A stretch of DNA of 64,000 nt from Chlorokybus atmophyticus. Taxonomy: Eukaryota > Plantae > Mesostigma and Chlorokybus algae. Position 1 is the stretch's first letter. Each line of letters starts with the position of its first letter. The stretch is from assembly GCA_009103225.1 (NCBI GenBank), contig RHPI01002272.1, positions 13,451 through 77,450 on the forward strand, read 5' to 3'. The position numbers and the translations under genes are program-made. Shown piece after piece: positions 50,050 through 62,658 of the stretch. The notes under the pieces were generated by a model that worked only from the letters and a program-made list of their open reading frames with translations, searched no databases and had not been told where the DNA came from.

Positions 50050-53000
50050 GCATGGAAGGCGCCTATCGCTCCTGTCTGTCTCAAAGGGCGTTCACCTCGT
50101 CGTACATGCCCTGCCTTTAAAGCGCCAGTGCCGGGTTGTCAGAAGAAGCTGTCGCCTTGTAGAGGCCAACGAGCCTAAGCTTTGCTTTGGAACTCGCCAG
50201 CACCCGTCGATGCAGGGCTGTGGCCTTGCCGAAGTCGTGATTTTGATCAATAGCAACTGCTATGCAATTGTCAAAAGCGTAGCCAACATGATGAGCCTTG
50301 GCGACGCTGCAAGATGTGCTCGCATCTGCGCAAATTGCTCTGCTCCTTGCAGCGTGGGAAGGCTACACAGCCCTCGACCACCCATTGGTGACCAAGAGAT
50401 GCGACTGCCATTGTAGTCAGAGCACCAAGCCCTGCCACCGGTGGTGTACCCAGCGATTGGGTGGGTCGCCTGACAAATAGCCAACACAGTCAGTACACCA
50501 GCAGCAGGTGCTTAACACCATAACCATCGCGTGCAGTGTCAGCAACATGTGTGTAGGTCGGTGTCTTAAAGTGGGTGTGCGTGTGTTGAGTGTCGTTTGC
50601 GAATCTGGATGTGCATGCAGATGTTTCAGTCAGCATGCATACTAGTATGTGTAAGTCGACCTACCAGAGTGGCTGCGTGCGTGAGCGCGTGTCAGCTTGT
50701 GTTGGAGAAGGTGTGTGCGCATGCGCGTGCTTGCATTGGTCGACGTACGCGTGTGCATACGGTGCCTGTGCCAGGCATAAAGCACAGTGTCCAGTCAGTC
50801 TGTAAGACTCGTTGCAGTACGCATATGTATGAACATGAGTAACTGTGCACAATGTGTGTACGCCACTTTGAGCAGCTGTGCGAAACGAGCATGTGTGTGT
50901 GGCCGCTCTTACCCTGGTACGGTGAGGGGCAACCATACCCTGCATTGCCTCACCCTCCTACATACCATTGCGCACATACCAGTGAGACAACATAAGGATT
51001 CTGGCAAAGCTGCCAAACCGCTGTACTGTAATTGCTTCCGTCCTGCTCCTGCAGCGCTGCGATTGCACTGGTAGATCAGTATAAAGCTGACGTTGAAGCA
51101 GACTTACTTCTCTCCTCCTCCTCTTCCGCCGCCTCCCGCTGGTGCTGCTGCAGCACAGCCACAACAACAGGAGCCAACCTACTGACAAATTACGGCAGCG
51201 ACGCCAAGTTGTTGCACCCGGGTTAGGTACGTATATTGCAGAGCAGCGAGGTTGCCAAAGGATTCCGGCAGCAATGCCAAGCTGACGCACCTGGTTAGGT
51301 CCACCCTTGCAGCGCAGCGAGGTTGCCGAAGGACTCCGGCAGCGATGCCAAGCGGTTGCAAGCGTTCAGGTCCAGCTCTTGCAGAGCAGCGAGCTTGCCG
51401 AAGGACTCCGGCAGCGACGCCAAGTTGTAGCACCACCTCAGGTCCAACTTTTTCAGAGCAGCGAGGTTGCCGAAGGACGCCGGCAGCGACGCCAAGTTGT
51501 CGCACCGACTCAGGTCCAACTTTTTCAGAGCAGCGAGGTTGCCGAAGGACGCCAGCAGCGACGCCAAGCTGTCGCACTCGCTCAGGTCCAGCTCTTGCAG
51601 AGCAGCGAGGTTGCCGAAGGACGCCGGCAGCGACGCCAAGCTGTCGCACTCGCTCAGGTCCAGCTCTTGCAGAGCAGCGAGGTTGCCGAAGGACGCCGGC
51701 AGCGACGCCAAGCTGTAGCACTCGCTCAGGTCCAGCTCTTGCAGAGCAGCGAGGTTGCCGAAGGACTCCGGCAGCGACGCCAAGCTGTGGTGGCACTCGC
51801 TCAGGTCCAACTTTTGCAGAGCAGCGAGGTTGCCGAAGGACTCCGGCAGCGACGCCAAGCTGTCGCAACACCTCAGGTGCAACTTTTGCAGAGCAGCGAG
51901 GTTGCCGAAGGACTCCGGCAGCCATGCCAAGTCGTAGCACCTGTTTAGGTTCAGATTTTGCAGAGCAGCGAGTTTGCCGAAGGACTCCCGTAGCGACGCC
52001 AAGCTCTGGCACTCGGCTAGGTGCAGCTCTTGCAGCTTAGCGAGTTTGCCGAAGGACTCCGGCAATGCCGCCAAGCTCTGGCACTCGGCTAGGTGCAGCT
52101 CTTGCAGCTTAGCGAGTTTGCCGAAGGACTCCGGCAATGCCGCCAAGCTTCTGCACCCACTCAGGTCCAGCGCTTGCAGCTCAGCAAGTTCACCAAAGGA
52201 TTCCGGCAGCGCCGCCAAGCTCGTGCACTGGCGCACGTCCAGCGTTTGCAGCTCAGCGAGTTTGCTGACAGACTCGGGGAGCATGCTCAAACGCCATGCA
52301 GTGAGATGCAGAGCCTGTAGCCTAGTAAGCTCGCCAAGCACAGGCACCTCCATTAGACGGTTCTGTCTGCGATTGCCAGTGGGGTAGACCCGCAGCTCCA
52401 GGACTTGCAGCTCCTTGAGGTTTCTTAAGAACTCAGTCCGCAGCCTTGTGACATTGAACTGTCTGGTGTTGATTACATGTACGATGAGGACGACCAATGT
52501 TGTGTGTGCAGCGGCATTGCATAAGAAATTGTTCAAGGCTGAACAGCTCGCACTTTTCCACTCCAGATATACCAGGTCTTTCAGAACCCACTTGGTCACG
52601 CAGAATGCTTTTTTAATTGAATGCACGAAAGAGTCGCACGCAGTAGTTGCACGCAAGAGTCGCACGCAGCAGCCTTCTTTCTTCCTTGTTTTTCTTTGTT
52701 GTTGGCACGCAAGAGTGTGAGTGTAAACTTCGCCATCCCAATCAATCGTACCAAGGTCCAGCATGCGGAGGCGAGGCATGAAGGCCATGCCTCGTAATGG
52801 TGGGCTGCTGTTGACACCAGTCCAGGACATAGTCTCGGCGTTGTCAAAGCCCTGCATGCAACAACAACAACCCAATGATCAGCAATACCCACGTGTTCAC
52901 TCCACCAGCATGTTGTAACACAATCCTAGAACGTCGTGAATTGCAAGTTCTCATCGGATGCATGCATGCAGCAATCCTTGACAGGCCAGTAGAAAGGGAC

Positions 53001-54949
53001 ATGAGGTGAAGGAACCAAGATGGAACGTGGGCATTGCAAGCACCTTCATGGATATGGCGCTCAATGCCTTTGGCGACCAGATGTGCCTGGGCGGGTTGGC
53101 ACAATCGGCAATCATTCGCCCCATGTCGCGAAGTTGGTCATGCACTGAAAGGATTGTAGCTTTGCCATAAGCCACAGTCCTATAACCACGCCGCTGCCAA
53201 GGTCCAATAGTGTGAATAGTGCGAATATCATCCTCCGGGTCTCCACTTAAGCGAACGAGGGACCACTCCACCAGGCAATTCAACGCATCTGACCCGCCCC
53301 ACGCTGGAAGCAGCATGTCCTTGCTCTTCCCCAATGCAAAGCAGCAGATATCCAAAAACACTTGCTGCGTCTCGGGTTGTAGATAGTCGTAGCTGAGCTT
53401 GAGCTTGTCCCAGAGCTTGTTGTCAGCTGTACCTGCCACTGCGGTTGCCTGCTGCAGTCGCCACAGTGCGTCTTTCCAAGCCTGCACATCACCCTTTCTG
53501 CGCGTGTGGAGAAAGGAGCCCACGACCTCCAGTGCAAGCGGCAGGCCCTCACACGCCTCGATGATATCTTCAACAATGGTCTTCAGATCTGCAGGCACTA
53601 CTTGCGATCTGAAGGCATGTTGACAGAACAGTTCTCTAGGGTACTGACCATTGAGTGGACCAACATCCTCCACCAACGTATGCTTCTCATGCCCCTTGAT
53701 TAAGTTGCAACTACGAGAGGTCACCAGCACACGACTGCCGGTACCAAGCAGAGGGCTGGCGTCGTCTAAACCGAAAGGACCAAGCAGGGCTGCTTCTTGA
53801 TCGTTACTCCAAATGTCATCAACAACGAGCAGCACCTTCTGCCCTTGCAAGCGTGCCTTGAGAGTTGCCTTTCCTTCAGCAATGGAGTTGAATTTATAAC
53901 TAGAGTTGGGACCACTCCCAAGCTGTTCAAGCATCTGCTGTTGCAGCTGTACCAGCCTCCCATTGTTTTGGCATGGTTCGTTTCCGACCTCTAGAAAGCA
54001 GCAGCTGCCAGCAAATGTGCTGCGCAGTTTATTGTAGATTGCCATTGCCAGCGTAGTCTTCCCAATGCCACCCATGCCCCATAGCCCTAGTAAGACGACC
54101 TTGCTTCCTCTGGTAGCAGCACTCAACTTCTCGAGTACAGCTTTAACGCGGCGATCGATGTCCACCGGGTTTGCGGCAACATCCAAAGGTGGGCGGTCCA
54201 ACGTTTCCAGCACGTCGTCCACCACTTTCTTGGCTAAACAAACCGGGTCACTGACAAACAATAGCAACCATCAGGAAACCACACATGACAACCTTAGTGG
54301 AGATGTTTCCCAGTGACACCTTACCCATTCTCAAGCCTCAGGCCCGTTTTTCCAAATGCTTTTGCGAGCGCATCACGGTATGCAGACTCATTCTGGATAT
54401 ATCGCTGCTGGCCACTCAGGCATGCGCTGAAAGCACAAAACGTGTTTGTAACCAGGAACGCAGCTGCCTGACTGACAAGTGACAGAGTGTAGGAAAGAAT
54501 GCTCACCTGCGTATACTTTGCTGAATTGTGACTTGTAGGCTGTCAAAGTCGTCATCGAAGAAGATGGGCTTGACGATGTTGGTTGGATTCTCCATCATGA
54601 TGCGCAGCTCTTCCAGGCAGTACCAGGAGTCCCCGTAGTTACGTGACAGAACAGGCATTCTGATGCAAGCGGACTGTACATTTTGGGTGATCACAGTCCA
54701 GGCTTCGTCCCCGGGCTGCAAGCTGAGCTCATCCACAAAGCAGGTCAAGTTCACTTGCTTCAGAAGGTGACTTAGAAAGTAAACGAAGTTCTTCTTGACG
54801 TCCCCTCTATGGCTCAAGAAAATGTCACTGCCAGGGCGAGGGATGGTCTTCGACGGAGTCCATTTGCCTGTGATGTCAACGTGTAAGTTGGTTGTCAGTG
54901 GACTCAAGGTGACTGTAGACAATGGCACTTGATGAATTGAAATCTGCAA
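50050..54949 (-). CDS. TIR-NB-ARC-LRR (TNL) immune receptor 2; last LRRs and post-LRR exons disrupted
   Basis: TIR DIFLSHRGDVKKNFV..SWYCLEEL (54503-54949). NB-ARC GMGGIGKTT, LLVVDDIW, VLVTSR, GLPLAL, VHDQLRDMGR (52951-54267). LRR ORF 51295-52875. Frameshifts and a TAA near 51190-51300. Confidence 0.95.
51240..52260 (-). repeat. About 14 tandem 72-bp (24-aa) LRR units, central ones nearly identical in DNA
   Basis: Unit LASLPESFGNLAALQELDLSECxS; DNA unit gccgaaggac.ccggcagcgacgccaagctg..gcactcgctcaggtccagctcttgcagagcagcgaggtt. Confidence 0.95.
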
Positions 54950-57900
54950 CCTTCTTGCACATCAAGCTGCAAAGAGTAGCGCGAAACACATGCGCAGCAT
55001 ATGCAGCACCACAATCAGAAAGGCGCATCTGTGTTGTTCACCAGCTTACCGTCCTGATTTGCATTTGAAGCAGACATTGAGACAACCAAGCAAGCTCCCC
55101 CGTGTTAGCCTGCAGCAACAAGTGTTACTTGAGCTCACAATGCCTGTGCGCAACCATGACACACGCACGCAACCACATGTATAGGCTGCCGATACTCAAG
55201 TATATAGCTGCACTAGCAGCACGGTGCTTGCCAGCGGAATGCAATGGAGGGCATGGACTGCACACTGATGACAGGCAGCGTGTGCTTGTGCTACCTGCGC
55301 ATGCAGTCTCTGGCCGCAACAATTCCGTGCGCAACTCTAACGACAATGCACCAAGCAAGCCCTAAAGTGAGTGTACCAAGAACCGTACATGGCTGCAGGC
55401 GAGTTCGACTCTACGCGCAATGTATCGTGAACGGCCACTTGTAATAACTCACTACCTATGAGGCTGCGGCCTAGCACAATGATAAACTGAACGTTTGCCG
55501 ACCAGTGGAGTGGTTTTCGCTGACGGATGCGCTTGGACAATATGTAATGAAGTTAAGTTCCTGCCATGGCGCTGCCGTCCAACGCCAGCACCGCCAGCTT
55601 GCAAGTGGCATGCATGTCTGTCAAGCATTGCATGGCCTATCTGCGTTTGGCTAGCTAGCTGGCATGCTGCTCTGGCATGCTTGCTCGCGACAACCAGCGG
55701 CGAGCAAACATGCCGCACACGACCAGAAACGGCAACGCACCTTCACCCGGTGCGGTCCAAGTCAGGCTTCAGCTGCGCTTTGCGTCCTGTCGGCCAACGT
55801 GCTTGTCCGCCTGCAGCTTGTGTGGGTCGTCGTCGTCGCCCCTCGCGCCTTCCGCCGCTGCTCAGCGCTTGCTCTGGTCCATGCCCATGCCGCCCGCTGC
55901 GTCCTCTCAAGGCTGACGCGGAGCCAGGTACCGTGACAAAGTGCCGCGGGAGAGCAACTCCAGATCGATGAACAAGTTGAGCGGGTTCGAAGCTGTCGCG
56001 CATCATCAATGTCATGACTTTGTCCTTGAATCAGGCGCCAAATAGCCTACCGCTGACCCTGACCGGTAACAGTGCTACCGGTAGGCCTGTACAAAGATGT
56101 CAAGAAAACCGCGTCGTATACCGGTAGCTGGTCCTGTAGTATGGTAGGTCTCCCGAACCCTTTGATACCGGTATCAATTCCCGGATTAATGTCATGTGCA
56201 TGATGTGCTTTCAAGTCATGTCATGCCTGCACATGCGTTAAGCAAGCTCACGCCTACTGCGGGGCAGCCAGCCACGGGCTCCACCCTGGGCCGGAGGATT
56301 CTGGCGCACATCTTGGCTTTTCTCATGCTCATGCTTGTAACAAGCATGAACTTGTGAAGTGACATGCGAAATCAAACACTCAGGCTTGTTTGCTCGACTT
56401 GCCGGCGGCACGACACGTGGCTGTGCGTTGAGGTGGTGGCGGGCGGGCGGCAGTGTGTGTCCGCCGCTGGGCTGGAAGAGCTCTCTAGGAGGGTGGTGAC
56501 AGAAGCGCAGCGCAGCAGGCGCCAGCTTCGTCTGTCAGCGCCATGCCATGCTGGGCGGCGCTGGCGGCTTAGCAGTTGCCAACGGCGCCAGCTGGGAGCT
56601 AGCACGCCGGACGTCTGACGTAGATGGCTACAGCTGCAAGCACGGCTTCGGCCTTCCAGGCAGGTGCTCTGGGCAGGCAGCAATGGCGAGGCATTGCTGC
56701 CTGCCCTCCACAAAGCTTGTGTAGCAGCTGAACCAACTTCACAGTTCGTGACTCAGCATTGTACCGCACAACTACCACAGGTCAACTGATCAGCGCCTGT
56801 GTGCCATACAGTGTATGTTCTCATGCATGTGTCCGTGTACATAGACGCATGTGTGTGTGCATGCATGCGCCTATGTACACGGACGCATGCATGCGCACAT
56901 CTGCGCGTGCGCACGCATACATACACTCACATCTTCACATACAACCCTTTGGATGTGTGCTTCTTGCAGCCATCAGTACTTTAGCTCCTTGTGAGCAGCA
57001 CCGTATTCATGGCAAGCCTGCTGTTGTATTTGAGTATGTGCAGTTGTTCTGTTGTCAACGTCAATAGGGCCTTACTGCAGGCAGCAACAGTACTAGCTTG
57101 GTGCAGTTGCAGAGCAAGAAGTTGTCGTGCACGATGTAAACTGTTAATTATCGAATTGATACAGTCTGCTTCTGCTGTAGTGAACTCAGCTAACAACGCT
57201 TGACACCCCCCNNNNNNNNNNNNNNNNNNNNNNNNNNNNNNNNNNNNNNNNNNNNNNNNNNNNNNNNNNNNNNNNNNNNNNNNNNNNNNNNNNNNNNNNN
57301 NNNNNNNNNNNNNNNNNNNNNNNNNNNNNNNNNNNNNNNNNNNNNNNNNNNNNNNNNNNNNNNNNNNNNNNNNNNNNNNNNNNNNNNNNNNNNNNNNNNN
57401 NNNNNNNNNNNNNNNNNNNNNNNNNNNNNNNNNNNNNNNNNNNNNNNNNNNNNNNNNNNNNNNNNNNNNNNNNNNNNNNNNNNNNNNNNNNNNNNNNNNN
57501 NNNNNNNNNNNNNNNNNNNNNNNNNNNNNNACTCGTATGCCCACGCAACCACTTCTGTTACCGCACATGTGTGCACACGCGGTCAGATCCGTCAGTTAGG
57601 AGTGCACACACACTGTGTGTGGCATGCTTGCATGCCCCGAGGGGGGAGGTTGTCATTGTTTGTTTGTCTCAGCAGAGTTAATAGCTCTACAGCACTCAGT
57701 TTCTTTGAACTGCAATTTTGCACAGGAGTTGGGCGCGCTGCACTCATTGTAAGGCTGGCCTGCACCGCGCTTGGCTTAGCAGTAGAAGCAGAAGCGCTTG
57801 CTGGATGGGCGGACTGGCATTCTATAGGCTGCCTGCGGTGCTGACTGCAGCTGCATCCTTAATCACTGGCGCTGGCTACTGGAACCATACATATCTCCAC

Positions 57901-60900
57901 CGTTGTAGTGCTGGATATTATCAGAACTTGGCCGCACCTAACAATGCTGCTATTGCGTAAGCTTAAAGTTGGTTAGCTTAGGCGTGAAGACTATTGAACA
58001 CCGCGGCCGAATCTGCCTCAGTAACCTCCTGGTTGGCGTGGGCGGCCGCAGCAGTGGCAGGATGTGGAGCGGCTGTTGTTGTGGAGGTGCCGCTAGCTGT
58101 GCTGGACATCGTTGAAACAGGTGGTAGTGTTTTGCAAACTGACTGTGGGCGGCGTTGCCCTCAAGCTGGTCCCATTTTGGCACAGCCTAGCAGGTATGTG
58201 GCAGGCGTGAGGTTGACAGCACCGAACCACGCAATCCATGTACAAGTGACGTAGCATTATCAACACTGCATTGTGTTCTTCAACCGACATTGCACATTGC
58301 TTTGTGCACACTCTCCACGGCCAAGTGTCAGCACGTGCAGGACAGAGTGGGTTTTACTGTGATAACTCTTCCTCTGCGTTCGACGTGCCCACTCTTTCAA
58401 CACACTACACACGTATCGTCTCTCCCTCTGTCTCTTCCCCCACTCTCTCTCCCCGATGCCCCGAACACCCCACTCACAATCCGTGTTCTCACCCTCCTTC
58501 TATCACCAACTCCACACCCTCCCTCTCCACAGAAGCTTATAAGCAGCCACCGCCTCGCCCTTGTCCCCGCCAATGTACACGCGCGCAAGGCCGATGTCCG
58601 GTCCGGCGGCGATCACGCGCGTTAAAGAGGGTGAGAGCGGTGCGGTGAAGGGTAGGAGAAGGTCGGGAGAGATGAGTTAGAGAGGAGTCGATCTCCTCCT
58701 CGCCCTGCGCACCGCCAAGGCGGGTGTGGTCGTGTTGGGTGGGTGGTGGTGGCGAGAGGGCGACAAGAGCCAGGGATTTGTCACGCTCCCATGTCGCGCT
58801 CTGTGGTCCAAGGAGGAGTGGGTGTGTCACACACACGCTCGCACACGCACGCACGCACGCGCGCGCGCGCACACATTCATGCAGCAACACTCACCTCTCT
58901 CCTCTTCAACACGCTCCCTTCTGCCGTGATGGTATCCCCCCCCGCTCTCCCCCTCCTCACCTCCTCCCTGCCCCTCTCAAAGCGTCCCTCACCCGGATCT
59001 CGCAGGCAAGAGAGTCTCAAGTGGTGTTGATGGTGTCTGCGGCGGATGTTGTTGTCGTCTGCGGTGTGGATGTTGGTGTCGTGGAGTGTGGAGTGTGGGC
59101 GCTCGCGCGCGGCGTGGCTCGACATGAGGGCAGATATGTCGCGCAACCATCCTGCTTGTGCTGATGGAGGTTTGTACAGCAAGTGAAGAAGGAATACACA
59201 ATACTCAACAAGTTGTAGTCATTGTGATGCTGACTGACTGCCAATCCACACATTGGGCGCGGCGGTGATGGTGGGCATGTAGGGACAGGAATTCCATGTC
59301 AATGTATGCATGGTTTTAATGTTTGCCAAAGGCTAACGTAGCAACACACATTCCAAGCGCATACGAAACAATACTTGAAATAGAAACACACTCGTTCTAT
59401 GGCAGACCACAGCCGCAGCAAGTTCCGTAACCACCTGTGCATTGCTGCTGTATCAGACCGGGGCCCTTTGCGTGCTCATCCATCCACTCTCGCCCATACC
59501 CAAAATTCCATGTGAATCACCGTCTCATCGTAGGCTGAGGTTCCAATGTGCTCGTTTCGCTTGCCAGTGCAAGGTCCTTGCAGATCAGCATTTTCCCCAA
59601 ATTATTATTAAGCAAAATAACTAGAAAGCCAGCATCATGACAACATGTGCAAGCGACAGCGACAGACAAGTATGGCCGAGGTGGTCACCGTCATCTCCAT
59701 TCTTTGCCCCGAGCTGCTTTGCCAGATCTGTAGCAGCAACACCTCTTGCTGTCGCAGCAGAGTTTTCTGTTGTTGCAGAGGCCTGTGATTGTGTAGCAGC
59801 GCTGCCAGCAACAACAAAATGAGAGATGCCTCTGCTCTCGGCATCAACATCTGCACGAAGGCTTTCAAACTGCCTCTCCAGATTTTCAAGTTCAATCAAG
59901 CACTGCAGTGCCTGGTTTACAACCTCCGTTTTGGAAACGATGACGATGATGGTGAAGGCTGCCAACGCAACCTATAATCGCGTGCTTCACATTGGCAATG
60001 CAACAAACCAGTTTTACAACGATCTACACCGTATAGCATCGTCACAACCAATGTCATGGGTATGGCTTCTCACCCCAGCAATGACTGAGTTGACAGGAAG
60101 CATGGGGATGAGATTGCGAGCATACAAGCACACGATTTCATCATCAACAAAAGGAGAGGCCAGCCCGACCCGCTCGCACGTTGAGCCGCACGCACCTTCG
60201 AGCCGTCTGAAGCCTCCGTTGAGCTCACAGACCAATGCGCCTGCTAGGACCAGCAGTAGCCCAGAAACACCATTGGCATGACAGCCAATGACAGGTCAGC
60301 AGACGGCACTGTACAAACAGAGCATCTACAGCCAATGTGCACAAGAGCCTTGCAGCTCGCATAGTCAGTGTTGCTGCAATTGTCATTGCTGCTGTTGTCC
60401 TCTTCAGGTTGTTAAGGTCTTCAGAGTATTGTAGTACTAGGCTGGTTGTTTGAAAGAGGTTGGGGGAGCTGGGTCATCCCCACCCCTACCCCCACCCTGG
60501 CGTGGGGTGAGGTTAAGGTGCTTTCATGTCATGGCAGTTGCTTCACCTAAAGAACGGTGCGATGGGTGTGGCGCAAGTCAAGGCAGTTGCTGCTCGTCAC
60601 TTCTCTCTGGCGCACGTCCAAGCTCTTTGTCCCTGTTGCACCTGCTACACTGAGTATCTGAATCTCTCTTCCACACTTGGACCATACCATGCTTTTCATA
60701 CCAGTTCATGCCTTTCATGTCAACCATAGCAGTACAAGCGGTTGCCTGAGGCTGCCAATCGGTGAATGGACCCATCTGTTGCAATACCCCCCTGTCTGCC
60801 CAACTCCAGTTGCAGAAGTCTGCGCGGTTCAACTGAGGTTGATGCGTGCTGTGGGTGCAGTTGACTATGTGCCTGTGAATGGGTGCGGAGAGCCATAATT

Positions 60901-61091
60901 GTGTGTGTCTCAGTGAACTTCCTGTGGATTGTGGAAGCATAGCATAGGAGATCCCCGCGATGTGACCCTATGGTTACATATCCAGTACTCAACTCAGCAC
61001 CACTGGCTCAGCAAAAAAGCTCAACTCATGCATGGCATCATCATACAACAGTGCAACACATATTCCCATCAACAAGAGGACTCTCAATGAT

Positions 61092-62490
61092 TCAATAGAA
61101 AATCCTTTTGCCGGACGCAAACGCGACAAACACCCCCGTACTCGCCACGCCATGCACCGCGGGGACCGCGAAGACGCCGAACCAATACCCCGCAGTATCC
61201 TCTGAATCAACATCAGAAGCATTGCTGGCTGCGAGCATGAAGCCCGTGAGTGCGACGCCGATGACGCGAGCGTGCCGGGAGTGTTGGACTGCGCCAACAA
61301 CACGCCAGCCTGGCGTGGGGCGATGTCCATGTGGTTGACGGAGAAGCCGCCTCGTGCCAACGCGCACATGGCGAGTGTTACCGTCGCATACGCCACCGCT
61401 GTACCACTAGTTGTAGCCATGGGCATCAACAACAGCGCTGCTGCGGATGCATCGAACCTGATCGTGTTGAGGAGCTTGCGCGTGTAACCCACGTTGTAGT
61501 GTTTGTGCACAATGAGGTGATCCGCCACCACGCCGCCCACGTTGGAGAACACGAACATCATGAAGAAGGCAACATCTTAAAGGGACCCAACGAAGCCAGC
61601 CGCGCATGCAAGCCTTGCTCAAAATAGGGTGGCATCCAGCTCATGAGCATGTACAACGCGTAGTGGAACACAAATCTATTGATGATGATGGCCCACACGG
61701 GTGGACTCGACAGCAGGCGGCTCCACGGGTTAGTTGCTTGCGGCCGTTTGCGCGTCTTCCGGCCTCATTGTCCAACATGTTGTTGTTGCCGCTGGCGTGG
61801 GCGTGGCCGTTCTCTTGTTCAGGTCGATGGAAGAAGACTTCAGGCCCGTCTGCTGCAACGTCACGGAGTCAGCACCCGCCGGCTCCGTGCTCATGCGAAT
61901 CCACAACAACACCCAACATATGCCCGCCAGACCCACCACACCAAAGGTGGCCAATACCAAAGGTGGCCAACACATCTAAGAGTGTCAACACACGCACTCC
62001 GTATGACTGCGTGGCCCACAAAGAGTAGCACTTGGACAATGATATACACAGGTCTGACTGATTGACTGCTTGAAATTGCTTCAGTTGATGGAAGAACAGC
62101 AAGAGAGTGAGAGAGGCACAACTCTACATAGCATAGGAGTGGGGTGTTACAGTATCCAAGATGGAGAGAATGTGACGGGGGACACGACAACATGAAGTAC
62201 ATGAGTTGCTTACTTGATAATACGAGCATGGATATCGCCGACCCCAAATACATCCCCGACGTGGTTAGCGACACCGCTCTCGACCTTTCGTGCGCCGGTA
62301 TCCACGCCGCGAGGACGGTGTATAGTGCCGGAAAGATGACTCCCTGCGCTTCCCCACGTCACCACGCGCGGCCACCATCACCGCCACGCCAGCGCCGGAC
62401 ACGCGCGTCGGCATGAGGAGGGAAGCTAGGGTCCATAAGGCGAAGGAAGGGATGAGGACGCGACGGCCGCCGTACTTGGCAGCGGCCTAA
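61092..62490 (-). pseudogene. MFS anion/phosphate transporter of the SLC17/PHT4 family (PHT4;6-like), degenerate
   Basis: IPGG*AAAKYGGRRVL, GEAQGVIFPALYTVLAAWIPAHERSRAVSLTTSGMYLG, GGVVADHLI, RGGFSVNHMDIAPR.AG...SNTPGTLA and GKRIFY*. Stop codon and frameshifts present. Confidence 0.85.
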
Positions 62491-62568
62491 CCGCCAGGAA
62501 TCTGGGGTTGGGGCAGTCAATCAGAGATGAAACAGGACTGCAGCTTGTCATGTGGTAGCAACAGCAAC

Positions 62569-62658
62569 GGCAACAGCACCACCACCACCACCACCACCAC
62601 CACCACCACAACAACAACAACAAGCAACCAGCAACAACAACAACAACGACGACAACAG
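62569..62658. repeat. Compound (CAC)n(CAA)n trinucleotide microsatellite
   Basis: Directly visible. Confidence 0.9.

Noticed and set aside
51179-52387. Long repetitive ORFs in other frames and strands over the LRR array
   Set aside because: Shadow ORFs produced by the stop-poor 72-bp repeat; only the LRR frame matches a known family.
49027-57844. ORFs spanning the N-runs (49027-49800, 56981-57844)
   Set aside because: Their length comes from Ns translating as X; they are not evidence of coding sequence.
57600-60300. Protein-like fragments between TNL2 and the PHT4 gene (e.g. coiled-coil-like 59621-59965)
   Set aside because: Short, stop-interrupted and with no recognisable motif; cannot be supported as a gene model.
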